From assembly GCF_035650855.1 (NCBI RefSeq), contig NZ_DASRGV010000061.1, positions 299 to 64,298 on the forward strand: 64,000 nucleotides of DNA, given 5' to 3'. Positions 10,585 through 19,836 of this stretch are shown here, in pieces. The DNA is from Actinocrinis sp. (GTDB lineage Bacteria; Actinomycetota; Actinomycetes; Streptomycetales; Catenulisporaceae). The notes beneath the pieces were generated by a model that ran no database searches, was not told the DNA's origin, and saw only the letters and a program-made list of their open reading frames with translations. Position numbers and translations under genes: made by a program. How positions within the stretch are numbered: position 1 is the first letter of the stretch; every line of letters starts with the position of its first letter.

Positions 10585-11013
10585 TCAACGGAAGCGTTCG
10601 ACGAAGCGGCGTTGCCAGGGCGTTTCCACGGCGCGTCGGGCATAGCATTCGCGCACGTATGCGATTGCGTCGCGCGGCGCGAGGCCGTCGAGCACGGCCA
10701 GGCACGACAGCGCGGTACCGGTGCGGCCGATGCCGCCCCCGCACGCGATCTCGACTCGCTCGGTGGCCGCTCGGGCCCACGCGTCGTGCAGCGCGTCCAC
10801 GGCAGCCGAAGGCTCGGCCGGCAGCCGGAAGTCCGGCCACCGCAGCCAGCGCGACTGCCAGGGAACGGCGGGGGGTTCTTTCCCGAGCAGATACAACGCG
10901 AACGTCGGCTCCTGGCCGTCCGGAAGCGGCCCGCGCAGGCCGCGGCCCCGGACGCGCCGACCGGACGGCAGGGTCAGCAGCCCTGCGGTCCCCGGCTCCC
11001 ACGCGGCGGTCAT
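10585..11013 (-). CDS. Small protein-tyrosine/dual-specificity phosphatase-like protein
   Basis: WPDF acid loop and ACGGGIGRTG (CX5R) P-loop. Confidence 0.85.
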   Translation of the reverse strand: MTAAWEPGTAGLLTLPSGRRVRGRGLRGPLPDGQEPTFALYLLGKEPPAVPWQSRWLRWPDFRLPAEPSAAVDALHDAWARAATERVEIACGGGIGRTGTALSCLAVLDGLAPRDAIAYVRECYARRAVETPWQRRFVERFR

Positions 11014-11077
11014 CGGGCGAGCGTAACCGACCCGCTTCGGCCTGCTTCTGTCGGCAGCGCCGCCTACGATCGCTCTT

Positions 11078-12070
11078 ATGTCCGCTATCACCGCCGCTGT
11101 CGCAGTCGAGGGGTTCGAGCCGGAGCAGCTCGAACTGCACCGCCGCGAGCTGACCGGGTACTGCTACCGCATGCTCGGCTCGTTCGCCGAGGCGGAGGAT
11201 GCGGTCCAGGAGACGCTGATCCGCGCGTGGAAGGCGCAGGGCGGCTTCCAGGGCCGCTCCTCGGTGCGCACCTGGCTGCACCGCGTGGCCACCAACGTGT
11301 GCCTGGACATGCTGCGCGGGCGCAAGCGGCGCGCGCTGCCGATGGGCCTGGTCCCGTCGACCACCGCCGCGGAGGTGATGCGGACCGGCGACATCGGCCC
11401 GGAGATCGGCGAGGGCAGCTGGGTGCTGCCGGTGCCCGATTCCCGCGTCCTGCCCGAGCACGCCGATCCGGCGCAGGTGACCGCGCAGCGCGACAGCGTC
11501 CGGCTGGCGTTCATAGCCGCGCTGCAACACCTGCCGCCGCGCCAGCGCTCGGTACTCCTTTTGCGCGAGGTGCTCGACTGGTCCGCGGCCGAGGTGGCCG
11601 ACCTGCTCGACAGCAGCGTCGCCGCGGTGAACAGCGCGCTGCAACGGGCCCGGGCCACCCTCGCCGCGCAGCAGCTCGACGATCCGACAGCCGACGACCC
11701 GGCGCAGCGCGACCTGCTCGCCGAGTTCGTGGACGCCTTCGAACGCTACGACGTCGACCGGCTCACCACGCTCCTGCACGACGACGCGGTGCAGGCGATG
11801 CCGCCCTACGAGCTCTGGCTGCGCGGCGCGGCGGAGATCGGCCGCTGGATGCTCGGCCCCGGCGCGGAATGCCGCGGCTCGCGCCTGCTGCCGGCCGGCA
11901 CCGCGAACGGCGCGGTCGCGTTCGGGCAGTACCGCAGCGACGGGCACGGCGGCTTCACGCCGTTCGCGCTCCAGCTCGTTCGCGTCGACGGCGACCGGAT
12001 CGCCGAGATCCACAGCTTCCTCATGCCCGAGCTGCTGTTCCCGCTCTTCGGCCTGTCCTTGACCCTCTGA
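11078..12070 (+). CDS. ECF sigma-70 factor with C-terminal SnoaL-like domain (SigG-like)
   Basis: YCYRMLGSFAEAEDAVQET, WLHRVATNVCLD, region 4 LPPRQRSVLLLREVL, then an NTF2/SnoaL-like tail (LLHDDAVQAMPP). Confidence 0.9.
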   Translation: MSAITAAVAVEGFEPEQLELHRRELTGYCYRMLGSFAEAEDAVQETLIRAWKAQGGFQGRSSVRTWLHRVATNVCLDMLRGRKRRALPMGLVPSTTAAEVMRTGDIGPEIGEGSWVLPVPDSRVLPEHADPAQVTAQRDSVRLAFIAALQHLPPRQRSVLLLREVLDWSAAEVADLLDSSVAAVNSALQRARATLAAQQLDDPTADDPAQRDLLAEFVDAFERYDVDRLTTLLHDDAVQAMPPYELWLRGAAEIGRWMLGPGAECRGSRLLPAGTANGAVAFGQYRSDGHGGFTPFALQLVRVDGDRIAEIHSFLMPELLFPLFGLSLTL

Positions 12071-12178
12071 CCCGACCGCCCTCGGAACCCGTTGGCGAGG
12101 GAGCGATGAGTTTCGCCGAACCGGATCGTCCAAGCCGGTGAAAGCGAACCATCGCACCCGAACCGAAGGGGACCGAAG

Positions 12179-12919
12179 ATGAGCCTTCCGCAGGTCGTCT
12201 CGCGCGAGGAGTGGACCGAGGCCCGCAAGCGGTTGCTGCTGCGGGAGAAGGAGATGACCCGGGCGCGCGACGCGCTCAACGCCGACCGCCGGCGGCTGCC
12301 GACGGTCCGGATCGACAAGCCGTACACGTTCCAGGGCCCGGGCGGGCCGGCCTCGCTGGCCGACCTGTTCGAGGGCCGCCGCCAGCTGGTGGTGCAGCAC
12401 GTGATGTTCGATCCGGACTGGGACGGGGCCTGCAAGGGCTGCACCGCGGGGATCGACGAGCTGTCGCCCGGCCTGCTCGCGCACCTGCACTCGCGGGACA
12501 CCACCTACGCGCTGGTCTCCCGCGCGCCGCTGGAGAAGCTCCAGGCGTACGCCGCGAGCCGCGGCTGGACGCTGCCGTGGTACTCCTCCTTCGGCAGCGA
12601 CTTCAACTACGACTTCCACGTCACCCTGGACCGCTCGGTCGCCCCGGTCGAGTTCAACTACCGCGACGAGCACGAACTGGCCGGGGCCGGGCTGACCTGG
12701 ATCCTGGAGGGCACCTCGGAGCAGCCCGGCCTGAGCTGCTTCCTGCGCGACGGCGACCAGGTCTTCCACACCTACTCGACCTTCGCCCGCGGCACCGAGC
12801 AGCTCGGCGGCTCGTACGGGGTGCTGGACATGACCGCGCTCGGCCGGCAGGAGGCCTGGGAGGAACCCAAGGGCAGGGTGGAGAAGCCGCACGGCGCCGA
12901 CCCCAGCTTCACCGACTGA
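12179..12919 (+). CDS. DUF899 family thioredoxin-like protein
   Basis: LLLREKEMTRARD, LADLFEGRRQL, ACKGC, WYSSFGSDFNYDF and LDMTALGRQE motifs. Confidence 0.9.
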   Translation: MSLPQVVSREEWTEARKRLLLREKEMTRARDALNADRRRLPTVRIDKPYTFQGPGGPASLADLFEGRRQLVVQHVMFDPDWDGACKGCTAGIDELSPGLLAHLHSRDTTYALVSRAPLEKLQAYAASRGWTLPWYSSFGSDFNYDFHVTLDRSVAPVEFNYRDEHELAGAGLTWILEGTSEQPGLSCFLRDGDQVFHTYSTFARGTEQLGGSYGVLDMTALGRQEAWEEPKGRVEKPHGADPSFTD

Positions 12920-12988
12920 ACCGTCGCCCGATCGCGACAGCAGGGGCAGAGCGCACGGGGGACGTGCAACGGGGGTACGGAGGCGACT

Positions 12989-13600
12989 ATGACCGGTACG
13001 GCCGTGAGCTGGGGGCTCGGTGCGGCTCTGGCCATGGTCGCCTCCGTCGCCGTCTGGCGGCTCACCCGGCCGCCGGCGCGCCGGACCGTGCCGCATCAGC
13101 GTACGGATTCGGCGCTGCATCTGCTCATGGCGCTGGGCATGGCGGCGATGCTGCTGCCGCACGGCGAGCCGATGACAACGACGATGACGATGACGACGGC
13201 GCTGACGATCGGTTTCGGTGCGGCGGCAGTCGCGCTGATCGCGCGGGGCCGGCTGCATCACGCGGTGATGACTGGAATCATGGCGCTGATGACGCATGGC
13301 GAACGGACGCCGATGTCGATCAGTGCCTTGCCAACCAGCGCTAGGCCAACCGGCGAGCCCGTGCATGCCGGGGCGATGCAGATGGCGATGTCGTCCGGTG
13401 GGTCCGGTGCCTCGCTGCTCCTGATCGCCGCGTTCTGCTACGCAGCCGCGTCGGCGTGCGTATTCGTGTGGCGGATGCCCGCCTTCGCCGGCTACGGCAA
13501 GTCCGGCCCCTCGCGCCGGTGCGCCGCCGATCCGCTCGGCCGCGGCTGCGAGATCACGATGCTGATCAGCACCGCGGTCATGCTCCTGCCCATGATCTGA
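12989..13600 (+). CDS. Membrane protein, DUF5134-like
   Basis: HLLMALGMAAML, HHAVM and CEITM..TAVMLL Met/His-rich hydrophobic helices. Confidence 0.65.
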   Translation: MTGTAVSWGLGAALAMVASVAVWRLTRPPARRTVPHQRTDSALHLLMALGMAAMLLPHGEPMTTTMTMTTALTIGFGAAAVALIARGRLHHAVMTGIMALMTHGERTPMSISALPTSARPTGEPVHAGAMQMAMSSGGSGASLLLIAAFCYAAASACVFVWRMPAFAGYGKSGPSRRCAADPLGRGCEITMLISTAVMLLPMI

Positions 13601-13613
13601 ACGACCGCGCCGG

Positions 13614-14003
13614 TCAGATCGAGCCCGGCGTGCCGCTCGGCACGATCTGCACGCCCAGCGGGACCAGCGAGATCGGGATCAGCTTGAAGTTGGCGAGGCC
13701 GAGCGGGATGCCGATGACCGTCAGGCACAGCACCGCCCCGGTGACCAGGTGCCCGATCGCCAGCCACCAGCCGAACAGCAGAACCCAGACCACGTTGCCG
13801 ATGACCGAGGCCACGCCCGCGGTCTGGCGCGGCAGGATCGAGCGGCCGAAGGGCCACAGCGCGTAGTTGGCGATGCGGAACGCGGCGAACCCGAACGGAA
13901 TCGTGATGATCAGGACGAAGCACAGCAGTCCGGCCAGCGCGTAGCCGATCGCGAGCCACAGTCCGCACAGCACGAACCAGATGACGTTCAGGATGAGTCT
14001 CAT
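13614..14003 (-). CDS. YccF-domain membrane protein
   Basis: Duplicated motif ILNVIWFVLCGLW...IITIPFG / IGNVVWVLLFGWW...TVIGIPLG. Confidence 0.92.
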   Translation of the reverse strand: MRLILNVIWFVLCGLWLAIGYALAGLLCFVLIITIPFGFAAFRIANYALWPFGRSILPRQTAGVASVIGNVVWVLLFGWWLAIGHLVTGAVLCLTVIGIPLGLANFKLIPISLVPLGVQIVPSGTPGSI

Positions 14004-14454
14004 ACTTACAAGCTCACCGCATCGCGCCGTTCAATGCACCTCCGCCGGGCGCCCGCGATCCACGGCGGCCGGTCCGCGCCGCGAAAGTTACGGCATCCGG
14101 CCGCTGTCGTCGATCCGACGTTCGACACATGTCGCGGCGTTGCCCGGCGGCGCGCCGAAACGCCGACGCGCCGTGCGGCACGTGCAAGTTTCAGGAGCGG
14201 GGGTTGTCAACTTCCTGCAGCCCGAATCCGCCGCCGCGCCGGATCGCCGAGTAAAGCCGCTGCTGAACGTCCGGTTTGCCGGGCAAGGCGCCGGCCGCAG
14301 CCGCTCGGTCCCGCGCATGTTTGGTTACCCGGCATTTACCGGCACCGCCGCGCCCCGCTAGTTTTCCGGCGCGCCGGGACCTGCGGGCGGCCCGGCGATC
14401 CGCGCGGCCCGCACCGGCGCAGGCCGCCGCTCACCGGGAAGGGATTGCTTCGGG

Positions 14455-15942
14455 ATGCGCGTACCAGACCTCTTCGACCGGAGGCGCGACTCGGCGCGTC
14501 CGGATCGCGCCCGCAGGCGCCGAGGCGCCGTCGCCGTCGGCGCGTCGACCGTGGCCATGCTGACGCTCGCCGCCGTCACCCAGCTCACCGGCGTCGCCGC
14601 CGCCGGCAGCATCGCGAGCGGCACGCAGTTCTACGTCTACCCGAACTCGGCCGTGATGAAGTGGGACGCGGCGAACCCCGGCGACTCGCGCGAACCGCTC
14701 ATCGCCTCCCAGATCGCCTCGCAGCCGCAGGGCATCTGGTTCGCCAACTACACCCCCGCCACGGTGCAGTCCGACGCCTCGGCGATCACCAGCGCGGCCG
14801 CCGCCGCGGGCAAGACCCCGGTCCTGGTGATGTACAACATCCCGAACCGGGACTGCGGCGGAGCCTCCGCGGGCGGCGCGCCCGACATCGCCAGCTACAA
14901 GAGCTACGTGCAGAGCTTCGCCAACGGTCTCGGCACGCACCAGGTGATCGTGATCCTGGAGCCGGACTCGCTGGCGCTGCAGACCTGCCTCTCCTCGCAG
15001 CAGGCCGCCGATCGGGATTCGGCTCTCGCCTTCGCCGGCCAGGCGATCCACAGCGCCGACCCGGCGGCGAAGGTGTACATGGACGCCGGGCACTCGGGCT
15101 GGAACTCGCCCTCGACCCAGGCCGCCGCACTCAACGCGGCGAGCGTGAAGACCAGCGCCGACGGCATCTTCTCCAACGTCTCGAACTTCATGAACACCTC
15201 GGACGAGGTGAACTACGACAAGCAGGTGCTCTCCGCGCTCGGCAACCCCTCGAACCTGCACATCGTGGTCGACACCAGCCGCAACGGCAACGGTCCGGCG
15301 CCCGGCAACCCGTGGTGCGACCCGAGCGGGCGCGCGCTCGGCCAGTGGCCGACCGCGAACACCGGCGACTCCGCCGTGGACGCGTATCTGTGGGTCAAGC
15401 CGCCGGGTGAATCAGACGGCTGCGCTGACGCCGCGGGCACCTTCGACCCCGCGCTCGCCTACGCGCTGATCGTAAATGGTCCGATTCACAGCTACTCGCC
15501 GACTCCGTCCGCCTCCGCGACGAGCGCCAGCCCGTCCGCCTCGCCGAGCAATTCGCCGTCCGCGTCCCCGTCGGCCTCGCCCTCGCACAGCCCGTCGAGT
15601 TCGCCCTCGGCCAGCGCGGGATCGGGACCGTGTCACGTGACGTACGCCAACTCGAGCAGCTGGCCCGGCGGCTTCACCGCGAGCATCACGATCAACAACA
15701 CCGGCACCGCGCCGATCAACGGCTGGACGGTGACGTTCCGCTACAACGGCGACCAGAAGGTCACCAACGCCTGGGGCGCCACCGCGTCGCAGAGCGGTGC
15801 GACCGTGACCCTCACGAACGTGTCCTACGACGGATCGATCGCTCCCGGCGGAACACTGACCGGGGTCGGGATGCAGGGCACGTGGACGTCGAGCAACGCG
15901 GCCCCGAGCAACTTCACGCTCAACGGAGCGGCCTGCTCCTGA
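14455..15942 (+). CDS. Secreted GH6 cellulase with Ser/Pro linker and C-terminal CBM2
   Basis: YNIPNRDCG, ILEPDSL, YMDAGHSGW, VDTSRNGNG, WCDP and YLWVKPPGESDG (GH6); SPS-repeat linker; CHVTY...WPGGFTASITINNTG...GW...WGAT...C (CBM2). Confidence 0.95.
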   Translation: MRVPDLFDRRRDSARPDRARRRRGAVAVGASTVAMLTLAAVTQLTGVAAAGSIASGTQFYVYPNSAVMKWDAANPGDSREPLIASQIASQPQGIWFANYTPATVQSDASAITSAAAAAGKTPVLVMYNIPNRDCGGASAGGAPDIASYKSYVQSFANGLGTHQVIVILEPDSLALQTCLSSQQAADRDSALAFAGQAIHSADPAAKVYMDAGHSGWNSPSTQAAALNAASVKTSADGIFSNVSNFMNTSDEVNYDKQVLSALGNPSNLHIVVDTSRNGNGPAPGNPWCDPSGRALGQWPTANTGDSAVDAYLWVKPPGESDGCADAAGTFDPALAYALIVNGPIHSYSPTPSASATSASPSASPSNSPSASPSASPSHSPSSSPSASAGSGPCHVTYANSSSWPGGFTASITINNTGTAPINGWTVTFRYNGDQKVTNAWGATASQSGATVTLTNVSYDGSIAPGGTLTGVGMQGTWTSSNAAPSNFTLNGAACS

Positions 15943-15978
15943 GCCGCAGCCGCTGCCCGGGATAACGGGGACGGGGAA

Positions 15979-16008
15979 GACGGCCGGTCCGGCGACGGAC
16001 CGGCCGTC
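15979..16008 (+). terminator. Hairpin after the GH6 gene
   Basis: GACGGCCGGTCC-GGCGAC-GGACCGGCCGTC (12-bp stem). Confidence 0.75.
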
Positions 16009-16314
16009 CGCGTGTGCGATACCGACCACCGCGAATCAAAACGCTTACGGCTCCCGGTGAACAAGGGTGCCCACCTGCGGCTTTCATGAAACCTGGAGAT
16101 TCTTTTAAGCTTATTTTCAGCTTACTTTGCGGACACGTGAGGCTTTCCGCTGTCGAATGCGTACGGGTTGCAGACCGCTCGGGCCGACTACAGCTCGTCG
16201 TGATCCGAGGGCAAGCGCTCGGCTCGTACCCTCATGTCTGCATCCTGCGACAACCCCGACAAACCCACAGCGGCCGACCGGCCGCGCGGGGAACTGCGCA
16301 AGGAGACAAATTCC

Positions 16315-17325
16315 ATGCTGAACCACAACGGCGCGGGCACCACCCGTGCCGGACGCACCACGCCGCGGTCGCGCCGGACCGTGGCCGGACTCTGCACCAT
16401 AGCCCTGGTCGCATTCGGCGCCTCGCTGACGGCGGGCGCCGCGTCCGCGAACGTCGTCGCCGATGCTGCGGGCGGCGCGCCCGCCAACACCGCGGCCTCG
16501 TCGAGCGGCACCGTCCACTACGTGCACACGCACGGCCGCACCGTCCGCGTCGAAACCCACGGCCGCCACGGCGTGGTCGCCCAGCACGGCGCGCGGTCCC
16601 AGGCCCGGGTCCGGCCGCAGGCCGGCGGCGACCTGATCTACAACGGCGGTCCGGTCGAGCACAGCCCCACGGTGTACCTGGTCTTCTGGGGCAACCAGTG
16701 GGACAGCGACAGCAACGGCGTGCAGTCGTACCTGCAGGGCTTCTTCGGCGGGCTCGGCGGCTCCGGCGACAACTGGTCCACGATCATGACGCAGTACACC
16801 GACAGCAGCGGCTCGGGCCCATCCTTCAACGGCTCGGTGCTCGGCGGCACTTGGGTCGACGACTCCTCCTCCGCTCCGAGCAACGCGTCGCAGTCCGACA
16901 TCGCGGCCGAGGCCGTGGTCGGCGCGCAGCACTTCGGAGTCTCCGGCCCGGACGCGGACGTGTTCGTGGTCAGCCCGAGCGGCACCAGCCCCGACGGCTT
17001 CCCGAACTCCGGCTTCTGCGCCTGGCACGACTGGAACGGCACCACCGCGTACACGAACATGCCGTACGTCCTGGACGCCGGCTCCGGTTGCGGCGCCAAC
17101 TCGGTGCAGAACCAGCTCGACGGCTACAGCATCGTCGGCGGGCACGAGTACGCCGAAGCCGTCACCGACCCCGAGCCCTCCAGCGGCTGGGTGGCCTCCG
17201 ACGGCGAGGAGAACGGCGACCTGTGCGCCTGGCAGGGGCTGACCACCCTGAGCCTGTCCACCGGCACCTACGCGATCCAGCCGACCTGGAGCAACAACGC
17301 GGGCGGCTGCGCCACCTCCGGCTGA
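16315..17325 (+). CDS. Secreted protein of unknown function (Phi-1/EXORDIUM-like pattern, HEYAE..TDP motif)
   Basis: RBS AAGGAGA, signal peptide, strong codon bias; LIYNGGPV..PTVYLVFWG, FCAWHD, YTNMPY, GGHEYAEAVTDP, ENGDLCAW. The family link is recalled, not searched. Confidence 0.75.
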   Translation: MLNHNGAGTTRAGRTTPRSRRTVAGLCTIALVAFGASLTAGAASANVVADAAGGAPANTAASSSGTVHYVHTHGRTVRVETHGRHGVVAQHGARSQARVRPQAGGDLIYNGGPVEHSPTVYLVFWGNQWDSDSNGVQSYLQGFFGGLGGSGDNWSTIMTQYTDSSGSGPSFNGSVLGGTWVDDSSSAPSNASQSDIAAEAVVGAQHFGVSGPDADVFVVSPSGTSPDGFPNSGFCAWHDWNGTTAYTNMPYVLDAGSGCGANSVQNQLDGYSIVGGHEYAEAVTDPEPSSGWVASDGEENGDLCAWQGLTTLSLSTGTYAIQPTWSNNAGGCATSG

Positions 17326-17427
17326 GCTCCGCCTCCAGCCGGACTCCGCCGAACCGCAAGTGGTTGATGGTCGTGTGCACTAACGCACCGACGGGCTGGT
17401 CCTAGCGCGTCCGGCCCGTCTGACCGC

Positions 17428-17468
17428 CTGCCTGGCACGAGCCCTTCCCGGCTCGTGCCAGGCAGTTT
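17428..17468 (+). terminator. Intrinsic terminator
   Basis: CTGCCTGGCACGAGCC-CTTCCC-GGCTCGTGCCAGGCAG followed by TTT. Confidence 0.85.
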
Positions 17469-17502
17469 CGCGTTCGCTGACGGCGTACGGCCGCGCCATC
17501 GC

Positions 17503-17526
17503 GTAATGCTGTAATCGTGTAATCAT
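17503..17526 (+). promoter_or_regulatory. Three GTAAT direct repeats (8-bp period) overlapping a -10-like TAATCAT just before the ATG
   Basis: GTAAT at 17503, 17511 and 17519; ATG at 17533 with no RBS (leaderless-like). Confidence 0.5.
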
Positions 17527-17532
17527 CGTTGC

Positions 17533-18060
17533 ATGGCTACTCATCAGGAAACCACCGAGACACTGCGCGGCTGGTTCACCGGCCGGCTGCCGGAAGGCTT
17601 GTTCGACGGGCCGCCCGAGGTGACCGTCGACCGCGAGGAGATCACCGTGATCGGGCGCATCCCCGAGCCGGAGACGGCCGAGGGCGCCTCGGCGGCGGAG
17701 AAGGCGGCCGCGGTCGCCGGGCGGATCAAGGAGTTCCGCGAGCGCACCCGGTCCGCGCGGATGCGGGTCGCCCGCGAGGCGGAGCACGAGTTCCGGCGCA
17801 AGGTGTCGTGGTGGGTGCGCTGCGGCGAGACCACGCAGCCGTTCACCACGCTGTCCGTGCCGGTGATGACGCGACTGAAGCAGACCGATCGGCAGCTGCT
17901 CGACACGCTCGTGGACGCGGGCGTGGCGCGCAGCCGGAGCGACGCGCTGGCCTGGTGCGTGCGGCAGGTCGGCCAGCGAGCCGAGAGCTGGCTGTCCGAC
18001 CTGCGCGACGCGATGCAGAAGGTGGAAGAGGTGCGGGATGCCGGTCCGGATCTGGACTGA
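17533..18060 (+). CDS. Conserved actinobacterial hypothetical protein with a C-terminal ribbon-helix-helix-like segment
   Basis: PVMTRLKQTDRQLLDTLVDAGVARSRSDALAWCV resembles the CopG/RHH pattern; typical codon bias. Confidence 0.7.
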   Translation: MATHQETTETLRGWFTGRLPEGLFDGPPEVTVDREEITVIGRIPEPETAEGASAAEKAAAVAGRIKEFRERTRSARMRVAREAEHEFRRKVSWWVRCGETTQPFTTLSVPVMTRLKQTDRQLLDTLVDAGVARSRSDALAWCVRQVGQRAESWLSDLRDAMQKVEEVRDAGPDLD

Positions 18061-18087
18061 CGAACCGGCTCTTCCGGTTCAGCCCGG

Positions 18088-18765
18088 TCAGGGCTGGAGC
18101 GCGCCGGTCATCGGCACCGGCGGAGTCGCCGGGGGCGCCTGCGGCTGGAGCGTGCCGAGCTCGAGGGCCGCCCCGATCCAGGCGGCGCCGAAGGCCCAGA
18201 CCGACAGGCTTTCGCAGGCGTACAGCGGGGTCACCGTCCAGTGGTCGCCCCAGTGCACCACGCCGGCGATCACCGCGATCGCGAGGAAGGCCAGGATGAG
18301 GATCCCGGCGGTCAGGTAGGCGTGGTTGACCCTGCGGCGCTCCGCGACGGCCGGATCCCGGAACGACCAGATGCAGAACATCGCCAGGGCGGTCAACAGC
18401 ACGCCCGCGAAGCTCAGGTGTGCGTAACCGATCGTGGACTGATACGACGTCGGCACCTTAGGCGCCGTCGGACACAGCGCGACCGCGATCGCGAAGATCC
18501 CGGCGACGGTGCTCCACTTGTCATCGCGCGTGTTGTACCGGTAACCGATCAGGAACACGCCGAGCGCGCACAGGCCCCCGACGAAGATGTTGCGTGTGCT
18601 GGTGTAGTACGAACTGCTCATCGAGCTCGGCATGATCTCGGTGTGGTGGCCGAACTGCACGAAGATCCAGTTTCCGAACGGCAGGACGATCGGCAGAAGC
18701 AGTCCGATCGCGCCGATGCCGAAACGCAGCCGTTGCACGGTTCTTACATCTTGATCCGGCGTCAT
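18088..18765 (-). CDS. Integral membrane protein (DUF998-like)
   Basis: About 5 hydrophobic helices; SMSSSYY, FVGGLCALGVFLIGY, H..FA and ESLSVWAFGAAW. Confidence 0.7.
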   Translation of the reverse strand: MTPDQDVRTVQRLRFGIGAIGLLLPIVLPFGNWIFVQFGHHTEIMPSSMSSSYYTSTRNIFVGGLCALGVFLIGYRYNTRDDKWSTVAGIFAIAVALCPTAPKVPTSYQSTIGYAHLSFAGVLLTALAMFCIWSFRDPAVAERRRVNHAYLTAGILILAFLAIAVIAGVVHWGDHWTVTPLYACESLSVWAFGAAWIGAALELGTLQPQAPPATPPVPMTGALQP

Positions 18766-18883
18766 GGCAGCCCCCCAATTTGGCAGCCGGGACGAAACTC
18801 CCTTCTGTGATGGTCCCCTAACCCAGCGTTAACAAACCGTGATCGTGCCTGATCACGGGCATATCGCCCGTTCGGAGTAACGC

Positions 18884-19696
18884 CTAACGCTTGCGGCCGA
18901 CGCCGCCGTAGATCCCGATCCACGGCGGCTCGGTCGAGTCCGGAGCCGGCCGCCAGGAGGAGACCGAGACCAGGCCCGGCTCCAGCAGGTCGAAGCCCTC
19001 GAAGAAGCCGAGCACCTGCGCGTGGGTACGCAGGGTGAGCGAGGCTGTGGCGTGCCGGTAGACGTCCGCCAGCTCGGCGAGCGGCTCGAAGTTCTCCATG
19101 GTGGCCCGGTCCCGGGTGCCGTGGCTGATGGCCACGTAGCTGCCGGCCGGCAGCGCGTCTCGCAGCCGCGCCACCACCGCGGCCGGGTTCTCCTCGTCGC
19201 GGAGGAAGTGCAGCAGCGCGAGCATCAACACGCCGACCGGCTGCGTGAAGTCGATCAGTTTCTCGGCCCGCACGCGTTCCAGGATCTCGTCAAGCCGGCG
19301 CACGTCGCCGGGGAGGAAGGCCGTGTGCCCGGCGTCGGTGAGTCGCGCGTGTGCGTGCACGGCGACGATCGGGTCGTTGTCGACGTACACGACTCGCGTG
19401 GTCGGCTCGACGCGCTGCGCCACCTCGTGTGTGTTGGGCGAGGTGGGGATGCCGGTGCCGATGTCGAGTATCTGCCGGATGCCGCACTCGGCCACCAGCG
19501 TGTGCACGGTTCGGTGCAGGAACGCCCGGTTCGCGCGGGCGCCGGTGACTATCGAGGGCAGGGCGCTGATGATGCGCTGGGCGGCCTGGCGATCGACCTC
19601 GTAGTTGTCCCGGCCGCCGAGGTAGTAGTCGTACATCCGCGCCGGATGCGCGATGCTCGTGTCGATCTGGTCGGCCGTCAGGCCCCGCTCGGACAT
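18884..19696 (-). CDS. Actinobacterial S-adenosylmethionine-dependent methyltransferase
   Basis: AHPARMYDYYLGG.DNYEVDR, GIRQILDIGTGIPT, VVYVDNDPIV and LPAGSYVAISH motifs. Confidence 0.92.
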   Translation of the reverse strand: MSERGLTADQIDTSIAHPARMYDYYLGGRDNYEVDRQAAQRIISALPSIVTGARANRAFLHRTVHTLVAECGIRQILDIGTGIPTSPNTHEVAQRVEPTTRVVYVDNDPIVAVHAHARLTDAGHTAFLPGDVRRLDEILERVRAEKLIDFTQPVGVLMLALLHFLRDEENPAAVVARLRDALPAGSYVAISHGTRDRATMENFEPLAELADVYRHATASLTLRTHAQVLGFFEGFDLLEPGLVSVSSWRPAPDSTEPPWIGIYGGVGRKR

Positions 19697-19715
19697 GACG
19701 GTCCTCCGTTCGGTT

Positions 19716-19751
19716 CCGCGCCGCGCTGTCGTCCCGCGCCGCGCTGTGGTC
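19716..19751. repeat. 18-bp tandem duplication upstream of the methyltransferase
   Basis: CCGCGCCGCGCTGTCGTC / CCGCGCCGCGCTGTGGTC (1 mismatch). Confidence 0.75.
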
Positions 19752-19836
19752 CCGATGCTAGCGCTGCCGCGTTCCCTGGGGCGGGGAACGCGGCAGCTCT
19801 ATGCCAAATCGGGGTCAGACCTCGAAGCGGCCCTTA

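Noticed and set aside
13172-13200. ATGACG micro-repeat (MTTTMTMTT)
   Set aside because: In-frame low-complexity loop within the DUF5134-like protein; no sign of phase variation.
10454-13366. 970-aa minus-strand ORF, and similar long ORFs (359..1723, 7014..9032, 19801..21648, 45131..48145, 51721..54276 N-terminal part)
   Set aside because: Antisense or off-frame shadows of well-supported genes in high-GC DNA; Arg/Ala/Gly/Pro-rich with no motifs.
14200-14400. Possible c-di-AMP (ydaO) riboswitch in the long GH6 leader (CTTCCTGCAGCCCGAATCC...)
   Set aside because: Only a short partial resemblance; the conserved GCTGAATCC, GGGGTGAATC and TCAGCTAAC blocks are missing. An Infernal/Rfam scan would settle it.
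14004-14454. CebR box expected upstream of the GH6 cellulase
   Set aside because: No TGGGAGCGCTCCCA-like palindrome found by eye.
15490-15625. TCG/CCG-rich quasi-repeats as a repeat array or CRISPR
   Set aside because: They encode the Ser/Pro linker between the GH6 and CBM2 domains; there is no repeat-spacer structure.
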